From assembly GCA_965213675.1 (NCBI GenBank), contig OZ243916.1, positions 1,856,001 through 1,920,000 on the forward strand: a stretch of 64,000 nucleotides of DNA. Reading direction: 5' to 3'. The position numbers and the translations under genes were made by a program. This document shows, piece by piece, positions 39,233 through 47,610 of the stretch. The notes beneath the pieces are model-generated. The model saw only the letters and a list, made by a program, of their open reading frames with translations, was not told the origin of the DNA and searched no databases. The number at the start of each line of letters is the position of its first letter. Positions within the stretch are counted from its first letter, which is position 1. The DNA comes from an uncultured Candidatus Binatia bacterium. Its GTDB lineage: Bacteria; Desulfobacterota; Binatia; UBA9968; JAJDTQ01.

Positions 39233-39796
39233 ATGTTGCGACTACTGTCCTACGGTCCTTGACCGTATGCCCACAGGACAAGGCTTGTCCTGGCAGAGAA
39301 AGACATCCCTTACGAACTGGTCGAGTGCGACCTGAGGAACAAGTCGGAAGAGCTGGTCACCCTGAACCCCTACGGCAAGGTGCCGGTGCTGGTGGACGGG
39401 GACGCGGTGATCTACGAATCCGCGGTCGTCAACGAGTACCTGGACGAGAAGTTTCCCGACGTGCCGTTGATGCCGAAGGATCTGGCCAAGCGCGCCGAGG
39501 TACGCATCTGGATCGACTTCTGCAACACCCGGCTTCAGACCGCGGCCGGCAACATCCGCCACGACCACGAGGTGGAGAAGAACAAGAAGCGGCTGCGGCA
39601 GCACCTGGAGACGCTGGAAGAGCGCATGGCCGGGCGCGACTACATCGTCGACGACTACTCGCTGGCGGACATCACGTATGTGCCGTTCTTCACCCGGCAG
39701 GACGCCTACCGGACGTCCATCACCGAGGACCTGCCCAACGTGAGACGCTGGTGCAACACGCTGCTGGAGCGGCCGAAGGTGAAGTCCACTCCGTAA
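39233..39796 (+). CDS. Glutathione S-transferase family protein with in-frame UGA at codon 10 (probable selenocysteine)
   Basis: AAGGAGG RBS, ATG 39233: MLRLLSYGP-U-PYAHRTRLVLAEKDIPYELVECDLRNKSEELVTLNPYGKVPVLVDGDAVIYESAVVNEYLDEKFP. TGA is at 39260-39262, the CPY position; the ORF track captures only 39380-39796. Confidence 0.85.
39268..39295 (+). promoter_or_regulatory. Putative bacterial SECIS element
   Basis: Perfect 8-bp stem CAGGACAA-[GGC]-TTGTCCTG (39274-39292) with a G-initiated apical loop starting 20 nt after the UGA; can extend by TGC/GCA pairing. Confidence 0.7.
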
Positions 39797-39822
39797 GAGC
39801 GCTGACATCGGTCACGACGTCG

Positions 39823-40782
39823 ATGAAGGGCTCCCCCACACTACCCCGCCTGGATTCCCGCCTTCGCGGGAACGACGGTGGGGTGCGGGTGAATGACGGT
39901 GGTGTGCGCGGGGTACACGGAGCGGGGCCAGGGAATGACCCTTTTGAGGACGCCGAACTGGCGCGAAAGGTGGCCGAACTTCAGGCGCTGCTGAGAGAGA
40001 TGGGACAGGCCGTGGTCTGCTTCTCGGGCGGGGTCGACTCCGGCTACCTGCTCGCCGAGGCCGTGGATGCTCTCGGCGACAACGCTCTGGCGCTCACCGC
40101 AGTCTCTCCCAGCCTCGCGCCCGAGGAGGGGGCCGACGCCCGCGGCTTGGCCGAGAGCATCGGCGCCCGCCACCTGCTCATCGACACCTACGAACTGGAC
40201 GACCCGCGCTACGCCGCCAACCCCGTCAACCGCTGCTATTTCTGCAAGACCGAGCTTTACGGCAAGGCCATCGACGAGGCCGCGACCTTGGGCATGCCGC
40301 ACGTGCTGGACGGCTTCAACCTGGATGACCGCGGCGACCACCGCCCCGGCCGGAAGGCCGCGCGCGAGCGGGGCGTGCGCTCGCCCCTGGACGAGTTGGG
40401 TTTCACCAAGGCCGACATCCGCGAGGCCGCCCGGCGCATGGGGCTCCCGGTATGGGACAAGCCCGCACTGGCGTGCCTGTCCAGCCGTTTTCCCTACGGC
40501 ACCGCCATCACCCCGGAAAAGCTCACCCAGGTGAACCGCTGCGAGCGCGTGCTGCGCGAACTGGGTTTCCGGGTGTACCGGGTGCGCTACCATGACGCGC
40601 TGGCGCGCATCGAGGTGGCGCCGGACGAGTTCGACAAGCTGCTGCTGCCGGACGTGCGAGAAGGGATCGTCCAGCGTTTCAAGGACGCCGGGTTCACCTA
40701 CGTCAGCATCGACCTTCAGGGCTACCGCACGGGTTCCCTCAACGAGACCGTCCACAACAAGAGCGACAACCACAGCGTGTAG
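39823..40782 (+). CDS. larE: LarE-family ATP-dependent sulfur transferase
   Basis: FSGGVDS PP-loop, NRCYFCK, DGFNLDDRGDHRPG, WDKPALACLSSRFPYG and GYRTGSLN. Start is uncertain (ATG 39823 or GTG 39970). Confidence 0.9.
   Translation: MKGSPTLPRLDSRLRGNDGGVRVNDGGVRGVHGAGPGNDPFEDAELARKVAELQALLREMGQAVVCFSGGVDSGYLLAEAVDALGDNALALTAVSPSLAPEEGADARGLAESIGARHLLIDTYELDDPRYAANPVNRCYFCKTELYGKAIDEAATLGMPHVLDGFNLDDRGDHRPGRKAARERGVRSPLDELGFTKADIREAARRMGLPVWDKPALACLSSRFPYGTAITPEKLTQVNRCERVLRELGFRVYRVRYHDALARIEVAPDEFDKLLLPDVREGIVQRFKDAGFTYVSIDLQGYRTGSLNETVHNKSDNHSV
39851..39939. repeat. REP-like palindromic element with degenerate tandem copies
   Basis: TGGATTCCCGCCTTCGCGGGAACGACGG followed by GAATGACGG and GGGAATGAC copies. 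Confidence 0.75.
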
Positions 40783-40929
40783 GGGCCGCCGCCGGTCGCC
40801 CCTACACGGATAGTCTCCTGACAACGACCAACCACAGGGGCGTACGCCGAACAGAGGCGACCGCCGACGAAGCTTGTATCGTCACGTCCGGTGTCACGTC
40901 CGGTTGCAGACCGAGCCGGTGAGCTCGCG

Positions 40930-41739
40930 TCAGCGCGCCTCAAGTACCGCCGCGAGGAACTGCTGGGTGCGCTCGTTGCGCGGGTTTTCGAAAATCTCGC
41001 CGGGGGTCCCCTGCTCGGCGATCTTGCCCTCGTACAGGAAGCAGACCCGGTCGGAGATCTCGCGGGCGAAGCCCATCTGGTGGGTCACCATGAGCATGGT
41101 GAGACTATGCTCGCTGTTGAGTTGGCGGATGACGTTCAACACCTCGCCGATGACCTCGGGGTCCAGGGCGGAGGTGACTTCGTCCAGCAGCATGACCTTG
41201 GGACGCATGGCCAAGGCCCGGGCGATGGCCACGCGCTGTTGCTGGCCGCCGGAAAGGCGCGACGGGTGCTGGTCCTTCTTGTCCTCCAACCCCACCATGC
41301 CCAGCAATTCCACCGCCCTCGCTTCCGCCTCGTCCCGGCTGAGCCCCAGCACCTGGACCGGCGCCTCCATGCAGTTCGCCAGCGCGGTCATGTGCGGGAA
41401 CAGATTGAAATGCTGAAAAACCATGCCGATGTTCATGCGCTGCTTGCGCAGGTGCGCCGTGTTGGCCTTCACCAGAACGCCGTCCCGCTCCATATGCGTC
41501 AGCGGCTGGCCTTCCACGTAGATGACGCCGTCGTCGATTTCCTCCAGGGTCATGAGCATGCGCAACACGCTGGTCTTGCCCGCGCCGGAAGGCCCGATGA
41601 TGCACACCATCTCGTTGGCGGCGACGTCGAGGTCCAAGGCATCCAGAACGGTGAGGGACCCATACCGTTTCGTGACCTTGCTGAAGCGCACCATGGGGCC
41701 GCCGGCGCCGAGGCTCGTGGGATGGACGGAATCAGTCAC
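40930..41739 (-). CDS. ehuA: Ectoine/hydroxyectoine ABC transporter ATP-binding protein
   Basis: GPSGAGKT, LMTLEEIDDG, LSGGQQQRVAIARALAMRP and DEVTSALDPE; GTG after GGAGG. Confidence 0.85.
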   Translation of the reverse strand: MTDSVHPTSLGAGGPMVRFSKVTKRYGSLTVLDALDLDVAANEMVCIIGPSGAGKTSVLRMLMTLEEIDDGVIYVEGQPLTHMERDGVLVKANTAHLRKQRMNIGMVFQHFNLFPHMTALANCMEAPVQVLGLSRDEAEARAVELLGMVGLEDKKDQHPSRLSGGQQQRVAIARALAMRPKVMLLDEVTSALDPEVIGEVLNVIRQLNSEHSLTMLMVTHQMGFAREISDRVCFLYEGKIAEQGTPGEIFENPRNERTQQFLAAVLEAR

Positions 41740-41946
41740 GGGACCCTCCAGGGACAATCGCGGGAACCGGCAACAGCCGGCAATGGGCTGACAACGCGGA
41801 CCGGCCCGAGGGGATCCTGTGCGGCTGCCGTGGGTCCGGACGCAGACGGCCGGCAGCAGCCGATGACGCGGGGCCGCCCGAAACGCGCCCCTTCCGTGCC
41901 GGTTCGCGAGGCGCCGGCGCCCGGCTGCCCCTGCTCGGAATGCGCT

Positions 41947-42618
41947 TCATCGACTCATCCCCAGCGCGCGCCCCACCCAGGCCTCGAACGCGCGAAGTCC
42001 GGCCGCCGCGGGCAACGAGATCGCCAGAAAGATCACCCCGACCATGGTGTAGGGTTCCAGGAAACGATAGGTCTCCGAGCCGATGGCGTTGGCGGCCTGC
42101 AAGAGTTCGGTGACGGCGATGACCGACAGCATGGGGGTGTCCTTGAATATCCCCACGAGATAGTTGCCCATGCCGGGCAGGGCGGCCGGTAGCGCCTGCG
42201 GGATGATGATCCGGAAATAGGTTCGCGTCGTGCTCAGATGGAGCGCGTGGCACGCCTCCCACTGCCCCTTGGGCACGGCGTCGAGCCCGCCCCGGTAGAC
42301 TTCCGACAGGTAGGCGGCGTAGTGGAGCCCGATGGCGATCATGCCCGAAGTCCACGGCGACAACCGAACGCCGAACTGCGGACCGACATAGAACACGAAG
42401 AAGATCTGCAACACCAGTGGGGTCGAGCGGATGAACTCCACGGCCTCGCGCACGACCCGGGTCAAGGCGCGCCACGGCGTGCGTTGCGCCAGGCAGAACA
42501 CCAGCCCCAGCACCAAGGCGATGCCGTAGCCGATGCCCGCGGCCATCAACGTGTTGAGCGTCGCCCACAGGAGCTGCGGCAGAATCTCGAACGTGAAGTC
42601 CCAGCGCCAGTCGAACAT
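41947..42618 (-). CDS. ehuD: Ectoine/hydroxyectoine ABC transporter permease
   Basis: WDFTFEILP, EFIRSTPL, GLHYAAYLSEVYRGG and FKDTPMLS. Confidence 0.85.
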   Translation of the reverse strand: MFDWRWDFTFEILPQLLWATLNTLMAAGIGYGIALVLGLVFCLAQRTPWRALTRVVREAVEFIRSTPLVLQIFFVFYVGPQFGVRLSPWTSGMIAIGLHYAAYLSEVYRGGLDAVPKGQWEACHALHLSTTRTYFRIIIPQALPAALPGMGNYLVGIFKDTPMLSVIAVTELLQAANAIGSETYRFLEPYTMVGVIFLAISLPAAAGLRAFEAWVGRALGMSR

Positions 42619-42629
42619 CCCCGCCTCGA

Positions 42630-43295
42630 TCAGGCCCGGCCCATCTTGCGCGCCATCATGCCCTCCAGCCAGCGCATGGAAGGCGAGATCAAGAGCCGCG
42701 CCATGACGTAGTAGATCACCAGCGCAGTGCCGAAAGCCTCGGCCGACAGAAACGTGTAACCGTTGATCTGCTTGGCCTGAAACATCAGGTCGGTCACCGA
42801 AATCAGGGCCACCAGCGCGGTGGCCTTGAGGAGCTCGATCAGGAGGTTGCCCCAGGGCGGGAGCATGATCAGGAAGGCCTGGGGCAGGATAATGCGTTGC
42901 ATCCGCGTCCAGGGCGACAGGTTGAGCGCCAGCGCGGCCTCATATTGACCCCGGGGCACGGCCTGGATGGCGCCCCGCACCACCTCCGCCCCATAGGCGC
43001 CCAGGTTCATCCCCACCGCCACGAAACCCGCGACGAACTTCTCAAGGGTGAGCCCGAACAGGGGCAACACGAAGAATATCCAGTAGAGCTGGATGAGGAG
43101 CGAGGTGCCGCGGAAGACCTCGATGTAGCATGTGGCCGTGCCGCGCACCGCGGCGTTGGGCGAAAGCCGCATCAGCCCCATCACCAATGCGATGACCACC
43201 GCCAGCGCCGCCGCCAGCACGGTCTGCTGCGCCGTCACCACGACACCTTCGGCCAAGCGCCAACCGTGTGTCGCGAGGAAGTCGAAGTAGGACAT
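42630..43295 (-). CDS. ehuC: Ectoine/hydroxyectoine ABC transporter permease
   Basis: YIEVFRGTSLL, NLGAYGAEVVRGAI and GNLLIELLKATAL. Confidence 0.85.
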   Translation of the reverse strand: MSYFDFLATHGWRLAEGVVVTAQQTVLAAALAVVIALVMGLMRLSPNAAVRGTATCYIEVFRGTSLLIQLYWIFFVLPLFGLTLEKFVAGFVAVGMNLGAYGAEVVRGAIQAVPRGQYEAALALNLSPWTRMQRIILPQAFLIMLPPWGNLLIELLKATALVALISVTDLMFQAKQINGYTFLSAEAFGTALVIYYVMARLLISPSMRWLEGMMARKMGRA

Positions 43296-43500
43296 CGGGT
43301 TCCCCGCCCGCGCGAGCAGGAGCGGTCACGCGTCCGGATCAACAGCGGTCGCGGTCACGCACGGTCGCACACCGGGTTCAAGCAGCGGGGACCGGGCCCG
43401 GGCCGCTCCGCCCATCGCGGCCCGGCGGCCGGTGCGTGTTTGAACCGCGTGGGCCGCCGGGCTGCTGCCGCCTGACCCCGTGGGCGGGGCCGCGGCGGGC

Positions 43501-44382
43501 TCAGCGGTTGGCGCAGGCGAATGCCGTGCTGCCGTCACCGGGAAGCTGCGCCTTGGTGTAGCTGTACTCCTTGACCGCGGCCATCATCTTGTCCGAGCCC
43601 AGGTGCTTGGCCAAGGCTTCGTTGAACGCCTTCAGGAAGGCCGTGTCCGACTTGCGGAAGCCGATGCCGACCCAGTTGTAGGTCCACTCCGGCTGTTTCG
43701 AAGGATCGCTGACATCCACCGCGCCGCCACTCTTCTTCACCAGCGCGTTCGCCGTGAAAAACGTCACGCCGCCGGCGTCCGCGCGTCCGGCCCGGACCGC
43801 CGCCAGGATCTCCGTGGGACCCGGCACCTGCATGACCTGGGCGGTGGGCACGCCCTCCTTCTTCGCCGCCTCCACGATATTGTAGCCGGCGCCGGTCACC
43901 AGGACGGCGTTCTGCTTCTTGATGTCCTGGTAGTTGTGCAGGTTCTTGGGATTGCCCTTGGCAACGATGAACGCGTCACCGAAGATCCCGATGGGATCCG
44001 AGAAGTTGATGTTCTGACAACGGCTCTTGAGAATGTACATGCCGCCGGTAATGACATCGAACCGGTTGGCCTTGAGACCGGGAATCAGTCCGCCCCAATC
44101 CGTGACCACGGGTTGGATCTTGGTGATCCCCATCTCGTTGAGCACGCCGATGGCAATGGCGTTCACGAAGCCCTTGGGCACGTTATTGTCTCCCGGATAG
44201 GCCCAGGGAATCTCGTTGGCGAAACCGATCCGGACGGTCTCCCCGGCCTTGGCCTTTTCCAGAAGGGATGCGGCGCCGGCACTGCCAAGCAACAGGCTGA
44301 CACCCGTCACCGCTACTCCAAGGACCACGATTGCCTTCGAAACGAACCGTCCTGCAAACCGCCCTGTCGTTCGAATGCGCAT
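43501..44382 (-). CDS. ehuB: Ectoine/hydroxyectoine ABC transporter substrate-binding protein
   Basis: Signal peptide, RIGFANEIPWAY, WGGLIPGLKANRFD and GNPKNLHNY; first gene of the ehuBCDA unit. Confidence 0.8.
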   Translation of the reverse strand: MRIRTTGRFAGRFVSKAIVVLGVAVTGVSLLLGSAGAASLLEKAKAGETVRIGFANEIPWAYPGDNNVPKGFVNAIAIGVLNEMGITKIQPVVTDWGGLIPGLKANRFDVITGGMYILKSRCQNINFSDPIGIFGDAFIVAKGNPKNLHNYQDIKKQNAVLVTGAGYNIVEAAKKEGVPTAQVMQVPGPTEILAAVRAGRADAGGVTFFTANALVKKSGGAVDVSDPSKQPEWTYNWVGIGFRKSDTAFLKAFNEALAKHLGSDKMMAAVKEYSYTKAQLPGDGSTAFACANR

Positions 44383-44730
44383 CCTTCCGTTCTCCTTTCC
44401 AGCTGGCCGCGTCCCTGCCAGCCTCACCGCATCGAGGATCCCCGTTCGAGGATCCGTGCACCCGGCGCCGAAGCACCGCCAATGGCTGGCAACCTAACAA
44501 GCCGTTGCGAGGCGTGCAAATTGGGTCGGTTCGAAAGCGGATGACCGTGGTTCGGCGCGAAATCCATCTGGATAGCCATCCAATCGGTGGGTCTGTGAAG
44601 CAGGTGCGGCACACGAGGAGTGCCAGGCTTCGCTGGACCGCCTCGCCAGTGTTGACACTCCCATGGCGTGTTGTTACGGGTAGCCGGTTCTGTCCGACCG
44701 AAGACCCCAAACACTTCAAGGAGGTTACCG

Positions 44731-45768
44731 ATGTCTCGCATGATCAAGTCACTGGCCGTGGTGCTGGCGCTCGTACTGGGATCTGCCGCGGCAGGAGCGG
44801 AGGAATTCTACAAGGGCAAGAACCTGCGCATGCTGGTGGGGTTCACCCCCGGGGGCGGCTATGACACCTATACCCGCTACATTGCCCGCCACATCGGCCA
44901 GTATATCCCAGGCAACCCCACGCCGATTGTGCAGAATCTGCCCGGGGCCGGAAGCCTGATCACGGCCAACTTCGTCTTCAGAAAGGCCAAGCCCGACGGA
45001 GCGACCCTCGGCGTCTGGAGCCCCGCACTGATCTTCGCCCACGCCATGGGCGACAAAAAGGTGCAGATCGAGCCCAAGGAGTTCGAGTACATCGGCACAC
45101 CCACGTCGGACTCGGTCACGTGCGGCCTGATGGCGCGGTCGGGGCTCAAGACCCTGGATGACGTCGTCAAGTCAGGGAGAGAGGTCACCATGGGCGGCAC
45201 GCGCGCGCCCGGCAACACCACCGACCCGTTTCTGTTCCTGAACCGGCAACTGGGCACCAAGTTCAAGAGCATTCCGGGCTACGGCGGCACTTCCAAGATA
45301 CGCCTCGCCATGGAGTCCGGCGAAGTGGACGGCGCGTGCTGGACGTGGGAGTCCATGAGGGTCACCGCGCGGGGCATGCTGGACGCCACCGGCGACAACA
45401 AGTTCGTTCCCTTCATCATCACCAAGCGTCATCAGGACCCTGAGGTGAAGGACGTCCCGCTGTTCTCCGACGTGCTCAAGGGCCAGCATGCGAAGGCCTT
45501 CAAGGCGTGGGACCGGCAGAACACCATCACCCGCGTCTACACGCTGCCACCGGGCACGCCCAAGGAACGGGTCGCGATCCTGCAGAAGGCCTTCCAAGCG
45601 GTGATGGAGAACCCCGAATTCCTCAAGGAGACCCGAAAGGCGCGCCTCAACATCGCCTATGTGTCGCCCACGGCCATCCGAGAGGCCCTGACCGGGCTGA
45701 ACAACATGCCTCCGGACATCAAGGAGTACCTGCAAATCCTGACCGGCTTCAAGAAGCCGCAGTCCTGA
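44731..45768 (+). CDS. Tripartite tricarboxylate transporter substrate-binding protein (TctC/Bug family)
   Basis: Signal peptide, FYKGK..VGFTPGGGYD, QNLPGAGS and LAMESGEVDG; AGGAGG RBS; TTGACA upstream at 44652. Confidence 0.85.
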   Translation: MSRMIKSLAVVLALVLGSAAAGAEEFYKGKNLRMLVGFTPGGGYDTYTRYIARHIGQYIPGNPTPIVQNLPGAGSLITANFVFRKAKPDGATLGVWSPALIFAHAMGDKKVQIEPKEFEYIGTPTSDSVTCGLMARSGLKTLDDVVKSGREVTMGGTRAPGNTTDPFLFLNRQLGTKFKSIPGYGGTSKIRLAMESGEVDGACWTWESMRVTARGMLDATGDNKFVPFIITKRHQDPEVKDVPLFSDVLKGQHAKAFKAWDRQNTITRVYTLPPGTPKERVAILQKAFQAVMENPEFLKETRKARLNIAYVSPTAIREALTGLNNMPPDIKEYLQILTGFKKPQS

Positions 45769-45791
45769 GCGAACGCAGGGCGGCGCCGGCC

Positions 45792-46247
45792 TCAGTCCGG
45801 CGCCATGCCCTTCTTTGCAAGTTCCGCAGCGGCCGATGACGTCTTCTTCAATGCGCCGAGGCCCATGCCACTGAGCACGTGGGGCGCCTTGGAGAACTGA
45901 ATCTCATTATAGGGCACCACCTCAATGCGGTTGCCCCACGGGTCGCGGAAGTTGAGGCGCTGGTCCAGGGGCGGCACCCCGAGGCGGTCGAGGGCGGCGC
46001 GCACCGGCTCGCGGTCGTCCACGACAAAGCCGAAGTGGCGTTTCCCGTCCGCCTCCTGGGTCTTTCCCAGGCTCAACTGGATGAACTGGTCGCCCAGGTC
46101 GATGAAGGCGTTGCGGTCGCTCCGGCCGCGCAGGCTGAAGTCGAAGATGGCGCCGTAGAACTCCAGCGCCTCGTCCAGATCCCCTACCTCCAGCACCACG
46201 TGGTTGATGCCCATGGCCCGGGCTCTCCTGGGCGTGCCTTCGCTCAT
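45792..46247 (-). CDS. VOC/glyoxalase family protein
   Basis: GINHVVLEV.DL.EALEFY, HFGFVV and FRDPWGNRIE. Confidence 0.88.
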   Translation of the reverse strand: MSEGTPRRARAMGINHVVLEVGDLDEALEFYGAIFDFSLRGRSDRNAFIDLGDQFIQLSLGKTQEADGKRHFGFVVDDREPVRAALDRLGVPPLDQRLNFRDPWGNRIEVVPYNEIQFSKAPHVLSGMGLGALKKTSSAAAELAKKGMAPD

Positions 46248-46392
46248 GACGGCTCCTTTCGCATTTGACGGGTCTGGCCCGCGCCGGCGCACCGGCGGCG
46301 TCACCGGTAGGACACATGCGTCATGGTGGAGGACACGGCGCGCGACATCGTTGCGGCACGCGCCGCGCCGGCCATGCGGTCACACGCGCGGG

Positions 46393-47448
46393 TCACATCT
46401 GCGCCGTGACGCCGTTGCGCGCGCACTCGTCCTGGTACATTTGCCGCAACGCCCGGTCCTCGTCCTCGAACTCGATCTGCTCGACGCCACGCTCCTCGCC
46501 CTGGACCGCGGTGGAGGCGTGCAGCGCCACGAACCGACAGGGCTCCGGGCCGGTGTTGTAGTGCTGGTGCCAGCTCCCGGCCGGCGGCGACATCACCGTG
46601 CCTTCCTGCCAGTCGAAGCGCTGGGGCTTCTCGCCCTCCTGCCACATGAGCGAGTAGCCGGTGGAGTCGAGCATGTAGATGTGAGCGCCGGGGCCGTGGC
46701 GGTGCGCCTTCTTGTAGGTTCCCACCGGGAACTGGGAGACATGCGCGAGCATGGTGCTGCCGGCCATGTGGATGTACATGTTGCGGTTGCCCTTGCCGCG
46801 CTTCTCCCGCGGGACCAGCTTGATGTCGCGGATATTGCTGATGAAATTGTTCTCCAGGATGCCGCCGTAGTAGTCGGTGTTGTACCTTCCTTCACGACTG
46901 AAGAAGTCCTCCTGGGCCGGATCGAAGCGGTCCCTGAAGACATGGTCGGTGTTGAAGATGAAATCCGGGTCCCGGTAGAGCTCGAACACCACCGGGGCGC
47001 TCGTAAGGGCGAAGTAGCGCGCCGATTCCTGTCCGCTGGCGTTGAAGTGCTGGTGCCAGGCATTGAGCGGAATGGCGAAGAGACTACCGGTCTCCCACTC
47101 GAAGGCGCGCTTGCGCGCCTCGTCGTACCATACCGTGGTGGCGCCGCGCCCCTGGGTGATGAGCACGATCTCCTCGAAGAGGTGCCGTTGGGGCTCGAGG
47201 CTCGATCCCGGCGCGATCTCGCACACGTAGCCGTCGGCCACGCGCTGGTCGGAGAACGACAGGTAAGCGCCCTTGCCGCCCCGGCGCAGCCACGCGCCCA
47301 GTTCCATGCGGCGCACGTCCTGGACATGGGAGCCGCTCACCACGGGCAACCCCTCGGACTCGATCCAGCGGTCATACGCACCGAACCGGTCGCTCATGAA
47401 CTGCACGTAGGGATGGACCTCGAACTCCTTGACCGCCCTGGTCGCCAT
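46393..47448 (-). CDS. Bicupin protein (two cupin domains)
   Basis: QRHLFEE..GRG...PLNAWHQHFN and KAHRHGPGAH...WHQHYN; AAGGAGG RBS. Confidence 0.8.
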   Translation of the reverse strand: MATRAVKEFEVHPYVQFMSDRFGAYDRWIESEGLPVVSGSHVQDVRRMELGAWLRRGGKGAYLSFSDQRVADGYVCEIAPGSSLEPQRHLFEEIVLITQGRGATTVWYDEARKRAFEWETGSLFAIPLNAWHQHFNASGQESARYFALTSAPVVFELYRDPDFIFNTDHVFRDRFDPAQEDFFSREGRYNTDYYGGILENNFISNIRDIKLVPREKRGKGNRNMYIHMAGSTMLAHVSQFPVGTYKKAHRHGPGAHIYMLDSTGYSLMWQEGEKPQRFDWQEGTVMSPPAGSWHQHYNTGPEPCRFVALHASTAVQGEERGVEQIEFEDEDRALRQMYQDECARNGVTAQM

Positions 47449-47610
47449 GATGCCCTCCTTGCCCGGGAACCCTCGTGTCCTTGTCGAACGCGTCCCCTTC
47501 GTACCCCTTTTCGTACCCCTTCGTTCGCGCACAGGCTATAGCGTTCGGCAACGGAATGCGAGTCCGGGCCGCGTTCGTGAGCGCGCCTGATTCTCTGCTA
47601 AGGTGGTGGC

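Noticed and set aside
39233-39262. GST as a simple nonsense pseudogene
   Set aside because: Not excluded but disfavoured: the stop is UGA, falls on the catalytic Cys position, is followed by a SECIS-like hairpin, and there are no other lesions.
39259-40782. 507-aa ORF suggesting a GST-LarE fusion
   Set aside because: Its N-terminal part is an alternative frame of the GST gene, open by chance at high GC. The GST frame has its own TAA at 39794-39796, and no slippery site was seen.
47490-47525. Short tandem repeat TTCGTACCCCT
   Set aside because: Only two to three degenerate units with no spacers; not a CRISPR array.
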